NCBI RefSeq assembly: GCF_001194135.2
Contig: NC_068982.1
Location: 129,296,105-129,360,104 of the forward strand
Source: Octopus bimaculoides
Lineage: Eukaryota
DNA: 64,000 bases
Reading direction: 5' to 3'
Positions 37,825 through 49,919 of the stretch are shown piece after piece. A program made the position numbers and the translations under genes. Under the pieces are notes generated by a model. That model saw only the letters and a program-made list of their open reading frames with translations. It searched no databases and was not told where the DNA came from. Each line of letters starts with the position of its first letter. Positions within the stretch are counted from its first letter, which is position 1.

Positions 37825-38175
37825 AGTGTGGCTGCACTTTGAGCAAGTGTCTTTTCTACTATGGCCGCCTCGGGTTGGCTAAACTGTGTAAGTGAATTTG
37901 ATGGAACAAAATGTATCCAAGTCGTATGTGTGTGGAGAGAGAGAGAGAGAGAGAGAGACATACATACTCACGCATGCACATGTGTGTATATGTATACGTG
38001 TGTGCGTGCATCTTTGTGTTTAATCTCTTACTGCTTGACAACCGGTGTTGGTTTGCAGTTCGACCAAATAGAACAATAGAATAAGTGTCAGACTTAAAAC
38101 AAATTTGATCAACTAAGCCCTTCAAGGCTGTGCCCTAGCATGGCCGCAGTCCAATGATCGAAATCAGCGAAAGAA
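37825..38175 (+). mobile_element. SINE family B (degenerate)
   Basis: gcactttgagcaagtgtc...gcttgacaaccggtgttgg...gcatggccgcagtccaatga. Confidence 0.75.
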
Positions 38176-38177
38176 CT

Positions 38178-38397
38178 ATAATCTTTTCTGCTCTAGGCAC
38201 AAGGCCTAAAATTTGGTGGGGGAGGGGGCTGTCGATTAAATCGACCCCAGTACGCAACTGGTACTTAATTTATCGACCCCGAAAGGATGAAAGGAAAAGT
38301 CGACCTCGGCGGAATTTGAACTCAGAACGTAACGGCAGACGAAATACCGCTAAGCAGTTCGCCCGGCGTGCTAACGTTTCTGCCAGCTCGCCGCCTT
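38178..38397 (-). mobile_element. young SINE family A
   Basis: Near-identical to the reverse complement of 27586-27795. Confidence 0.95.
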
Positions 38398-38708
38398 AAT
38401 GCCCACACACAAAGTTGGGAACGTTAGATTGTGATCTATATAAAGGCCATTAATAAAACTGTTTTAATTTGTTAGTTTGTTCGTTTGATTAAATAACTTA
38501 ATGAAGCGTAAGCTATGTTGGTTTTTGATACTAAAATTTTTACCATAAAATAAATACACAGCTTGTAGCCATTACTACTTGTGTAAACGAATTAAAACAA
38601 ATTAAATACAGTATCAAAAAGATCATTAGCTATTTAATTCAATCTGTTCGGGATTTTTCTACCGTTTTCTATTCTAAATTGTGTGTTGTTTTTATTTAAC
38701 CCTAGGCT

Positions 38709-38869
38709 TAGTATCCTAGCTGGAGAGTGGTGAGACGGTCCACCCTGGGCGACGCTTTTACAGAGCCGGCTCTTTTCAGTCTGCTGTATAAGCTGGTGTA
38801 CAACTGAGAGCCTGGCGGCGGCAAGCTCGTGATCTTTCTTGGGCGGCATACACTTTAGCTATGCCCCTG
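38709..38869 (+). mobile_element. MITE, CAGTGGCGTAGC-like TIR family (copy 3, short)
   Basis: gacggtccaccctgggcgacgctttta...gtctgctgtataagc shared with 21819-22160; ends gctatgcccctg. Confidence 0.7.
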
Positions 38870-40042
38870 ACATTAGTACAAGACAAGTTCAATTTTTTCT
38901 ATTTTATTCTTTAATCAGAAGGGAATGCAGTACCCATGACTCGTTATAAGGCTTTTGAAACCGGAGGAAGTTATCCTCAAACCGGAAACATGACCCGAAT
39001 GCTTGCAACAGAGTAAACTCTGCTAAAGACACCCAATGTGTCTGATGTTAGGCAATAGCGGGATTCCAACTAAGAACGGAAAGGGACGGAACAACTACTA
39101 CAAAGCATCTAACCCAATGTTCTTACAATCCACCGCCTTGGATAAGTATAAGTACTTTTTTATTGACTCCGACCCTACCCCAAAAGGGATGTAAGGCAAA
39201 GTTAACCTCAGCGGAATTTGAATTCACAGAGTCTGAACGAAACATAAACTGCGAAGCATTCTATCTGCCACTCTAACGAGTCTGCCATTTCGCCACTCCT
39301 GGGCATCCCATCATGACTTGGGCCTTAGTAATGAAACAAAGTAATTAAACACATTCGGGTTATAATATTTATTCATTTATTTATTTATTTATTTGCTTAC
39401 AAGTTATAAATTGTTGAAACTATACCACTGAATTAAGACAACACTATATTAGTGAATTGAATGAAATAACGTTTGAATATACGAATAGATTAAACAGTCT
39501 ACAATTGAATTATATTTGTGAACACTTTCAAAGGATATATANNNNNNNNNNNNNNNNNNNNNNNNNNNNNNNNNNNNNNNNNNNNNNNNNNNNNNNNNNN
39601 NNNNNNNNNNNNNNNNNNNNNNNNNNNNNNNNNNNNNNNNNNNNNNNNNNNNNNNNNNNNNNNNNNNNNNNNNNNNNNNNNNNNNNNNNNNNNNNNNNNN
39701 NNNNNNNNNNNNNNNNNNNNNNNNNNNNNNNNNNNNNNNNNNNNNNNNNNNNNNNNNNNNNNNNNNNNNNNNNNNNNNNNNNNNNNNNNNNNNNNNNNNN
39801 NNNNNNNNNNNNNNNNNNNNNNNNNNNNNNNNNNNNNNNNNNNNNNNNNNNNNNNNNNNNNNNNNNNNNNNNNNNNNNNNNNNNNNNNNNNNNNNNNNTT
39901 ATTTCTGTATACAGAGAGAGAGAGAGGGGGGGAGAGAGGAGAGAGATGAGTGTTTATGTATTTGCCTCTAAATATGTGTGTGTGTGCGCGCGCGCACTTA
40001 TGTACATCAATATCACTATGTATATGCATCAATATCACTATA

Positions 40043-40079
<37 letters not shown>

Positions 40080-40198
40080 TTGAGAGTAAGTCTGAGGAAA
40101 TCTGTCCTGCTACTGTCTATCATTGATTCTAGGCCAAAAATTGTTGGTATGTGGAAAGGTTAAGTAAAGCGAAATGGCTCAAGCTAGAACCGAAACTG

Positions 40199-41108
40199 TG
40201 TCACGAGTAGCCAGTCATAGCGCAAAGTTGTCCTACATATAAAACTGTACTCTGCTATTTTACTTGGAGAAATCCAACAAACGTAAGCGACACCTCCGAT
40301 ATACCACTGTCTTATAGAAAACATTTATCTTAATATAATAACCACATACTGGTATGGTAGTCGCAGTGAACCAGTTCTTGCGAAGATCCTGCTGAAAACC
40401 ATAGCACTTAGATTTTCTCAGCCTAATGTATCGACATAAAAGGAAAATTATTACCCTAAAGATATTAACATCTACGTAAATATGACCCAACCAATCAACA
40501 CTGGTTGATTAATTATGGTTGACACGGCACACTTCAAAGGAAGTGTACGAGTTTTCCCGCCAAAAAGATTCGTCGATGATTCTAGAAGGGTAGCCTACAG
40601 TTATAAAAGATGGCAAATTCCACCTCAGGTCGGAGTTACTCAGCTTTCTTGAGAAATCTGACACATATTTCATAGTTCTGTCTTAGCACGTTGGTTTCTT
40701 CCCTTCTTTTACTTTCCTTATGTAACATGATTACGGCGTACTCGGTAGAAGCCACCAACCTTAACTTGTGATGTCGAGTAACGCATATTAATTATATGTA
40801 GCGATTTAACTTCCTTGCACTACTTTCATAACATAATCTAGCAATTTGTATTGTAAAATATTTCTAACTGCTATATTCGTTGTACTTTGTTATATTGATT
40901 TATCAGATGTACGCTTGTAAATGTAAACGATGTACATTAATAAAATATTTGAAAACTCATGTAAATTTTTGTGTGGCCATAGATTTCAAACGCAGCCTAC
41001 CTACTTTTGTGAGCAACAACTGAAGAATACATGACTAACCGGCACACTGAACTGTAATTGCCACGTTGGAACTCTGAGCAAAAATATACAAGAATGCTAT
41101 CGGTTACA
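40199..41108 (+). mobile_element. probable solo LTR (Gypsy-like), 910 bp
   Basis: Begins TGTCACGA and ends GGTTACA; flanks actg / aatg (4-bp TSD, one mismatch); TATA-like ttataaaag at about 40601 and AATAAA at about 40939. Confidence 0.55.
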
Positions 41109-41920
41109 AATGCTTTTCATAGAATGATCATGGTATATTACTGACCAATCACTAATCCAATATGTAAGCTATAAATAGACAAAATTGAAGATCTGTACTT
41201 CTAAATCACAAATTCAGTCAAATGTATACAGATAGGTTGAGCGAAATGTATACATGGTAGCTAATCATAGTAACAGTCAGATCATCCCTCATATCATACC
41301 TGTCTTATGTATGTATGTATGTATGTATGTATGTATGTATGTATGTATTATGTCATTATTCAATTTATTTCAAGATTAGTACGAATAGAGAAAAACCAGT
41401 TTCTAACCTAGATCCAAGCTTCCTTGATTGGAATTTCAACATCAACAACAGAGTATTTTTGTATGTATGTATGTATGNNNNNNNNNNNNNNNNNNNNNNN
41501 NNNNNNNNNNNNNNNNNNNNNNNNNNNNNNNNNNNNNNNNNNNNNNNNNNNNNNNNNNNNNNNNNNNNNNNNNNNNNNNNNNNNNNNNNNNNNNNNNNNN
41601 NNNNNNNNNNNNNNNNNNNNNNNNNNNNNNNNNNNNNNNNNNNNNNNNNNNNNNNNNNNNNNNNNNNNNNNNNNNNNNNNNNNNNNNNNNNNNNNNNNNN
41701 NNNNNNNNNNNNNNNNNNNNNNNNNNNNNNNNNNNNNNNNNNNNNNNNNNNNNNNNNNNNNNNNNNNNNNNNNNNNNNNNNNNNNNNNNNNNNNNNNNNN
41801 NNNNNNNNNNNNNNNNNNNNNNNNNNNNNNNNNNNNNNNNNNNNNNNNNNNNNNNNNNNNNNNNNNNNNNNNNNNNNNNNNNNNNNNNNNNNNNNNNNNN
41901 NNNNNNNNNNNNNNNNNNNA

Positions 41921-42750
41921 CAGCTCCCAAAATTATTGCAGAACTTAATGACCACCTCGAGAACCCACTTTCCACAAAAACTGTTCGCCGGGAGCTGCCC
42001 AAAGCCGGATTTCACGGGAGGGCTGTAATCAGAAAACCACTACTTTCAAAACAAACGTTGCAAAGTGTTTAGAGTGGAGTAAAAAACTACAGAATTGGTC
42101 CCTTGAGCAGTGGAAGAATGTTATTTTCTCAAACGAGTCATCCTTTAACTTATTTCCGACCACCGGCCGAGTATACGTGTGGAGACAGCCAAAAGAAGCA
42201 TTTGACCCAGACTGCCTTCTTCCAACTATTAAACATGGAGGAGAATCTGTGATGACCGGGGGTGGGGGCTATATCTTGGAAATCCACCGGCCTAATGGCT
42301 TCCCTTCATGGCAGAATTAATAGTCAAGACTATTTAAGCATTTTATCTGTTCAAATTCATCCTATGGTTGCGGAACTGTTTCCGGAGAGAAACGCAATCT
42401 TCCAGAATGATAATGCACCAATTTACACAGCTAAAGCTGTTACTGAATGGTACAAGGAACATTCTAGTGAAGCTGAACATCTTTTCTGGCCACCACAGTC
42501 TCAGATTGAACGTTTATGGTGCATTTTAGAAAAACAAGGAGTCGATATCCTCCACTATCAGCACTACAAGAACTGGAGACTGTTTAAACTGGAGAATGAA
42601 CAAAAATTCCTTTGGAAACAATTCAAACTTTGTACGAGTCCATACCTCGTAGAATTCAAGCTGTAATTAATATCAAAGGTGGTCCTACCTCTTATTAAAA
42701 TAAATTTGTTTGAAATTATAAAGTATTTCCATTATTTTGTCCAACCCCTG
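41921..42750 (+). mobile_element. Tc1-family transposon relic (5' part lost in gap)
   Basis: APKIIAELNDHLENPLSTKTVRREL..AGFHGR, WKNVIFSNES, KHGGESVM, IFQNDNAPIYTAK, WPPQS, IE.LW; 3' TIR attattttgtccaacccctg followed by TA. Confidence 0.95.
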
Positions 42751-42764
42751 TATATGTTCAGATT

Positions 42765-43175
42765 TGTATGTTTTGTTTTATGCATGTATTCTCATGCATA
42801 TAGTTGCATATCTAGACATACTCATATATACTTAAATGATAAACTTCTGGCAAGTTTTACAGATTTTTACAGTTCCAGTGGTGGATTGGATCTGTAGTCT
42901 TCGAATCAGCTTTCTCCTTTCTGCTTTTGAGAAGCCTAATTTCTCAAGATTGGTATTTAAGCAGTATGTTATATATCCCAGTGCCCAAATTATTACAGCT
43001 ATAAGCCTGAACTTGTAATCTGGATAGAGTAACTGTAGATTTCTCAATAGTTCAGCATAGGTATTTTCTTTTTCGCTGATCTTTAGCTTTATGATGCTTC
43101 TGCTAATTATTCTTAAAGCTCAATATTACACATCTCTCGTCTTGCAATACACCTTCTGAAAATCCAACTATTATA
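42765..43175 (-). mobile_element. R4/Dong/NeSL-type non-LTR retrotransposon 3' fragment
   Basis: EKENTYAELLRNLQLLYPDYKFRLIAVIIWALGYITYCL..LQIQSTTGTVKICKT*, the C-terminal REL-domain ending, followed by a short 3'UTR. Confidence 0.75.
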
Positions 43176-45891
43176 CTTCACTGGTTGTTTTAGGCATGGT
43201 GTTCTAAGACTGATTAACCAATGTGTCCTTCCTTTTGATGAACGTTTTGCTCTTATTTCTAGCAACTCGAGTGGCCACTCAAACTCTCTCGTTCGTTCGT
43301 TATTGTGTTCTGTAGTAAAGTGTAGTGCTGCTGATAATACTGTTGATGTTTAGTCCCAGTTCAGCCATATCGAACAGACATATCGTTGGTGATCCAGCTG
43401 TGACAATACTATTTTTGATCTGCGTCCAGTAGCTGATTTATTCTCGAAGCTTGCCAGTCAACTATCCAAAAGACTGCAAGCCTCTTTGGCAGAAGAATGA
43501 AATGAATTTTCAATATTTGATTTTAAAAATTATTTTTATTATATTATAGTTATTTTTTTTTTATAGAATTCTGTAATATTTCTCTTTACTAATTCCGAGT
43601 TCTAATTATTTAATTTTTTTCTTAGATCTAACAACTTTTCAAATATGTACAGACTAGCAACTACTTCGACACTAGGCTTGTGTTGGACGGCATTGTTTTA
43701 CGGTTTAAATATGTTGCTATTGTTGATCTTATTACTACTGCCAGAGCACAAGTGTGATAATGTTTTATTACGTCATAATTTTTTTAAATAGGTGGCGTCA
43801 TGGCTTCAGAACCGTCTCTCTAATGTATCAGATGATTTAAACAAATACGATTTCAAAAGAAATTATACATTTCCTGATTCTCTATTCGTTTCCAACCAAC
43901 TTACATTTACAAATAACTGTGGAATTTCTATGGATACAACTGGTAAATTTATTATTTCTTGTCAGTAGATTCATTGGAAGATTCACAATATAATTTTCAC
44001 TTTGTAATTTATAAAGTAGAATGTATTTAATAAACTGGTTATTAAACTTTTGAATATTTTACATTAAGTGTAGAAGCCGTATAGGTTAGAATAGTGAACA
44101 GTGATTGCTTTGAAGTAGCTACTCAGTTGAAAATTTCATCACGATAAATTGAAAAATGGTGAGTAAATCACTTCACTCATGCTGGTAAGTCCTTAGTGAA
44201 GGTTTCAATGTCACAATTTTTCGTTTTCTATCGATGAAAATGACAAAGCTGTTATGTATAGACTAAATAAACAGATAGCTTCCGTGGTAAATTATTATAA
44301 GTGTGTCAGCTGTCGTAGTTTAATAAATCTGATATTTTACTTTTATATTGATTAAAATCAATTTGGATTTTGAGAGGAACAACATAACAGGTGTTACAAG
44401 ATGCCTCCACGGAAACAAATTTATGTTCTGTTCTTTATTCTAGTGTTGATCCCAAATTTATTTAATGAACGTAATGTTACATCCGAAAGGAAGGTTATGA
44501 TACTGGGCTATTGCTACTGTTGCTAATGAGATATCTATTTATCCCGCGAGACCACGGCTCTGTTCGTGGAAAGATTGTTTCAGCCTATGTTTGCAAAGAA
44601 GCATCTTATCCTACTGATAAGGCTTACATGGCGGACTGTCTCGGCTGTAGCAATTACATTTAAATTTAAATGTACTGTCTGTCAATATTGTTTGGGTACA
44701 TTTTTTATTGGTGAACGCGTTCGTTTCATTTCTTTCCTTGCCCCCNNNNNNNNNNNNNNNNNNNNNNNNNNNNNNNNNNNNNNNNNNNNNNNNNNNNNNN
44801 NNNNNNNNNNNNNNNNNNNNNNNNNNNNNNNNNNNNNNNNNNTAGCTGTTTTGCAATGTCTGAACTTTCCTCTTTCTAAATCCCCACTTATTTCATGCCT
44901 TTAGCAGAGCGAAAATCTGCAATGTCGTCTCACCTCTCAAAAAATTAATTTTCAATGATTTCATCTTTCTCTTACAGATATCTTTGAAACAAAGATGAGA
45001 GTGTCACCTTTATGTTCGCTTTCCAAAACATACCCAGGGTTGGAAAAAAAAAGCATGAAATATTGATCTTTGTTATGAAAAAATCGTTAGAAAGACAAAC
45101 ACTTGGTGATGCAACCAATGCGTAATGACTTGGACTGATTTACAAAGATAATGTATTCCAGATTTGAGATTTGCACTTCACATTCAGCATTGTATGGTAG
45201 AATATACAGAAACTAAAGTAAATAATATTGTAAAGACATGTAATCTAATGTTCTGTTGTTTCTGCCAATTTGCTGTCTTACACTGATATGTACTACACCT
45301 AATAGAAAAGTATAGCTGACACCTATAAGAGTAGATAACGTGACTGCTTAGTAAGCAGTCACGTTACCTGCCTTTTGTGTATGGATGGATCAAAATATCA
45401 ATGTGCATTTGAGGATATCAAAGAGGTTGATAATCTATAAGCGACAGCATTGTTTGTTCCTATTTGCTTGGAATCAAAGTTATTACACATCCTGTGTACA
45501 ACAGCCCAGTCAAAAGATCTTTTCCGTAATGAATGGGTAAAAATTGGAAATAAAATTTGTTTTCAAACATGATTAATCTAATCAATGATAATATAAAGAC
45601 AAAATGAAATATGCTATTCCATTATGTTTGTCATGAAAAACAAAAACAATTAGCAATTTTTTTGCTTCATCTGGTTTTTAAAAAATTACTGATCACAACA
45701 GAAATCGATGTATATTTTTGGTGAGGGGTGAGGGATAAGGAAGACAGCTGAAACATATTCAACATAGAATTTACTACAAACCATGTAAATATTTATTATA
45801 TTTTACATTCGTTGACATTTAACCTCTAACTTTAAGAGAGAGATCGCAAATTAAGTTTTGTCGCATTCATGTATATATATATATATAACAG

Positions 45892-46110
45892 ACGCAAGCG
45901 TGGCTCTGTGGTAAGAAGCTTGCTTTACAACCACTTGGTTCCGGGTTCACTCCCACTGTATGGCACCTTGGGCCAGTGTCTTCTATTATAGCTTCGGGCC
46001 GCCCAAAGCCTTCACTAAGGACTTACCAGCTTGTAAGTGGATTTGGTAGACGGAAACTGAAAGAAGCCCACCGAGATGCAATTCGAAAAAAGCCCGCCTC
46101 TTACATAGAT
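45892..46110 (+). mobile_element. SINE family B, 5' half
   Basis: gcgtggctctgtggtaagaagcttgc...gatttggtagacggaaactgaaagaagccc. Confidence 0.88.
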
Positions 46111-47207
46111 ATATACGGATAGACAATCTTCTATGTACTATGCTGAATACATGAGGTGTTCGTCTGGTATGTTGATTTTTTTGTTTATTTTTATGTGTCT
46201 TGACCATACTATACTGATGAGTAGAAGTTGCATATTACTGTAATAACTACGAAATCATGGTCTATAGTTTAGTTTGTTTTTAAGGGGCTAGCTTTGAGAG
46301 CTGCATTTCCTCGCGTTCGGTAAAAATGTGTTTATTATGGTAGTTTGACCTTTGAGTCCCTCTTAGCGTGAGGCATTCATGTATAGTAATGCCCTTATAT
46401 AATATAATATATANNNNNNNNNNNNNNNNNNNNNNNNNNNNNNNNNNNNNNNNNNNNNNNNNNNNNNNNNNNNNNNNNNNNNNNNNNNNNNNNNNNNNNN
46501 NNNNNNNNNNNNNNNNNNNNNNNNNNNNNNNNNNNNNNNNNNNNNNNNNNNNNNNNNNNNNNNNNNNNNNNNNNNNNNNNNNNNNNNNNNNNNNNNNNNN
46601 NNNNNNNNNNNNNNNNNNNNNNNNNNNNNNNNNNNNNNNNNNNNNNNNNNNNNNNNNNNNNNNNNNNNNNNNNNNNNNNNNNNNNNNNNNNNNNNNNNNN
46701 NNNNNNNNNNNNNNNNNNNNNNNNNNNNNNNNNNNNNNNNNNNNNNNNNNNNNNNNNNNNNNNNNNNNNNNNNNNNNNNNNNNNNNNNNNNNNNNNNNNN
46801 NNNNNNNNNNNNNNNNNNNNNNNNNNNNNNNNNNNNNNNNNNNNNNNNNNNNNNNNNNNNNNNNNNNNNNNNNNNNNNNNNNNNNNNNNNNNNNNNNNNN
46901 NNNNNNNNNNNNNNNNNNNNNNNNNNNNNNNNNNNNNNNNNNNNNNNNNNNNNNNNNNNNNNNNNNNNNNNNNNTATATATATTATTTACAATAGTTTTA
47001 GTGACCAATATTGGTGTAATTAGGGTGTGTTCCCCTCAGGCCAGCACTAAGTATGCCGTCCCCACAACGTCAACCTCACAGACCTTAGCATATTCTTAGT
47101 TCGTAAAACCCATTCCTGTTAGTAAGCTCACTGGAAAATTGAATCTAGATCGAAGACTCGGCACGTCGTAACTTTACCTTCACTCCATTGTATTCGCATT
47201 GTGAAAG

Positions 47208-47440
47208 CACGCGGCGTAGTAGTTGGGCTGTTGTATTCATGATCGTATGATCGTGGTTTCGATTTCCGGACTGAACGTTGTTTGCTTGAGCAAAGCCCTT
47301 CATTTCATGTTACTGCAGTCCACTCAGTTATAAATGAATTACAGCAGTATATAGGAAGTTAACCCTACGCTGGACCTTCGTCTCGTTCGAGGAGGGAACG
47401 CTGTAATCTCAGTCACTTAATTGCCATGGAAACCAAGTTA
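47208..47440 (+). mobile_element. SINE family C (degenerate)
   Basis: ggcgtagtagttggg..gtttcgatttccggac..cttgagcaaagcccttcatttcatgttactgcagtccactcagtt; homologous to 22504-22842. Confidence 0.65.
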
Positions 47441-47454
47441 AGGTCCGAAATATA

Positions 47455-47459
<5 letters not shown>

Positions 47460-47485
<26 letters not shown>

Positions 47486-47686
47486 GTTTCAGTCATTTGA
47501 CTGCCATGCGGAGCACCGTCTTTAGTCGAGCAAATCGACTCCAGGACTTATTCTTTGTAAGCCTAGTACTTATTTTATCGGTCTCTTTTGCCGAACTGCT
47601 AAGTTACGGGGACGTAAACATACCAGCATCGGTTGTCAAGTGATGTTGGGAGGGGGACAAACACAGACACACAAATATATGCACAC

Positions 47687-47721
<35 letters not shown>

Positions 47722-47875
47722 ATAGGCTTCTTTCAGTTTCCGTCTATCAAATCCACTCACAAGGCTTTGGTCGTCCCGAGGCTATAGTAGAAGACACTTG
47801 CCCAAGGTGCCACGCAGTGGGACTGAACCCAGAACCATGTGGTTGGTAAGCAAGCTACTTACCATACAGCCACTC
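47460..47875 (-). mobile_element. full-length SINE family B with poly(A) tail
   Basis: Reverse complement of the 62889-63287 type; poly(T) at 47462-47484. Confidence 0.92.
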
Positions 47876-49101
47876 GAGTAAGATATTATAAAAGATGAAT
47901 TTTGGTGATGGATTTTCCTTTGTTATTTTTAAATTTTAGAAATTTCTTACTCCAGAAACATTTTCCCTTTTAAAATGTTCTTATTATTGTTGTTTAGCCC
48001 TAGGTCAGTCGCAGTTGAATGAACCTATGATCAAAGGCACTTCAGCTTTGTATATCTAGGACTTACTCTTTAAAGCTGTAAGATGTAATTTGAAGCAATT
48101 TATCAACTATTTCAAGCATGTCGAGCGACCATGTAGATGTTCTTTCGTAAACCTTCGCTCACACACGGAGACATAATAGAATATCTCATATTTTAGTCCG
48201 GAGAGAAGACAGTGCCCATGATTCTTTATAGGGGCAACCGAAACTGAAGAGAGGGAGGAAGGTATCCTCAAATCGCAAGTCTGGTCCAACTTCTTGCAAC
48301 AGACTGGACTCCGATAAAGGCATGCAAGATGACAGAATTTGGTGTTTAACAGAGCGATAGATTAAGTTCATCATCCAGTTAGTTCATGGAGAAATTTGAA
48401 CTGGGCTACATATATCACAAGGTAGCCATTCTCACATTCTTACAGTTTTACCATTCTACTACCATGATTTTTGTATTCTTTTATCGACCCCGAGATGAGG
48501 CAAAAGACAAATTTCACCACAACGGGATTTGATCTCAGACCGTAGAAAGTCAGAATAAATACAGCTAGTTTTTCTCTCCGACCGACGTTCTAACGATTCG
48601 GCCAATTCACTTTACATATAAATGCAGTTTTATCTTTATTTTCATTTCTTTAGAATGACTCTGAATTTTGTCGATGTGGTATCGAAGAGTTTATGATTTA
48701 GTTTTTAATTAATTATTTCAGAAGTCTAATTAAATGCTTCGTTCTCTTTTTTATAGATTGCAACCGTTTCTCGACACGATCAGCCAATGATAATTTGTTT
48801 GATTAAAACAACACATTCGCGTAGTCGCCAATACTTTCCTCGAGTGGTCCATCATTACAATATGTTTTACAACTGTCTACAGCACAATTCAGCTGCAGCC
48901 TTGTCACTGCAGCTTTTACAGACAAAGATTCAGCGTAACACTGTTGTCAGTCTTACTATAAAAAAAAAGTAAAATTTCCATTAAATCATGAGATGATCTT
49001 AGTGAGTCATTCGCAGATTCAGTGATTCATGCGGTGAAAATACATACTAGGTTATAATAAATTTATTTCTCTGATTGCTTTTTATTATTACTGATTAATT
49101 C

Positions 49102-49320
49102 AAGCGGTGAGCTGGCAGAATCGTTAGCACACCAGACTAAATGCTAAGCGGTATTTCTTCCGGCTTTCCATTTTGAGATAAAATTCTGCCGAGATTGGTT
49201 CTGTCGTTCATCCACTCGGAGTCGATAAAATAAAAACCAGTAAAGTACTGGAGTTGATGAAATCGACTAGTTCTCTTCCCTGCAAATATTGGGCTTTGTG
49301 CCTATAGGAGAAAGGATTAT
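49102..49320 (+). mobile_element. SINE family A
   Basis: aagcggtgagctggcagaatcgttagcac head. Confidence 0.85.
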
Positions 49321-49329
49321 TTGTAATTA

Positions 49330-49782
49330 ATTATAATTTTGACACAAGGCCAGTAATTTTAAAGGCAAAAGGTTAGGCGATCACATAAACCCCATTGATC
49401 AACTGGTACTTTATTCTTATTTCTTTACTGCCCACAAGGGGCTACACACAGAGGGGACAAACAAGGACAGACAAACGGATTAAGTCGATTATGACCCCAG
49501 TGCGTAACTGGTACTTATTTAATTGACCCCGAAAGGATGAAAGGCAAAGTCGACCTCGGCGGAATTTGAACTCAGAACGTAGCGGCAGACGAAATACCGC
49601 TAAGCATTTCACCCGCGTGCTAACATTTCTGCCAGCTCGCCGCCTTTCTGGTACTTTATTCTATCGACCTAAAAAGGCAAAGTTAACATAAGCAGTATTT
49701 TGAAATCAAAGCGTAAAGTGCAAGAATTGCTTCTAAGCATTTTTGTTTGACGCTCTCACGTTTCTGCCAACTCGCAGCCTTT
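49330..49782 (-). mobile_element. old SINE family A copy hosting a nested younger SINE
   Basis: 49330-49417 and 49648-49782 are colinear halves. Confidence 0.8.
49418..49647 (-). mobile_element. young SINE family A variant with an alternative 3' tail and perfect 15-bp TSD
   Basis: TSD ctggtactttattct at 49403-49417 and 49648-49662; tail tatttctttactgcccacaaggggctacacacagagggg differs from the standard ggcacaaggcc tail. Confidence 0.92.
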
Positions 49783-49919
49783 TTATTAAACTTGACTATT
49801 TATACCTTGGTTAAGCAGAACCTGTTTGAGTGAAACTTAAGAGAATTTTAATTTTCATTTAAAATTCATTGTATTCAGTGTTTGAACGCATCTCTGGTAA
49901 ACGCATTGTTTTTCAGAAA

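Noticed and set aside
48100-48420. GC-richer unique stretch suggesting an exon
   Set aside because: All six frames are interrupted or featureless; the left part is family D repeat
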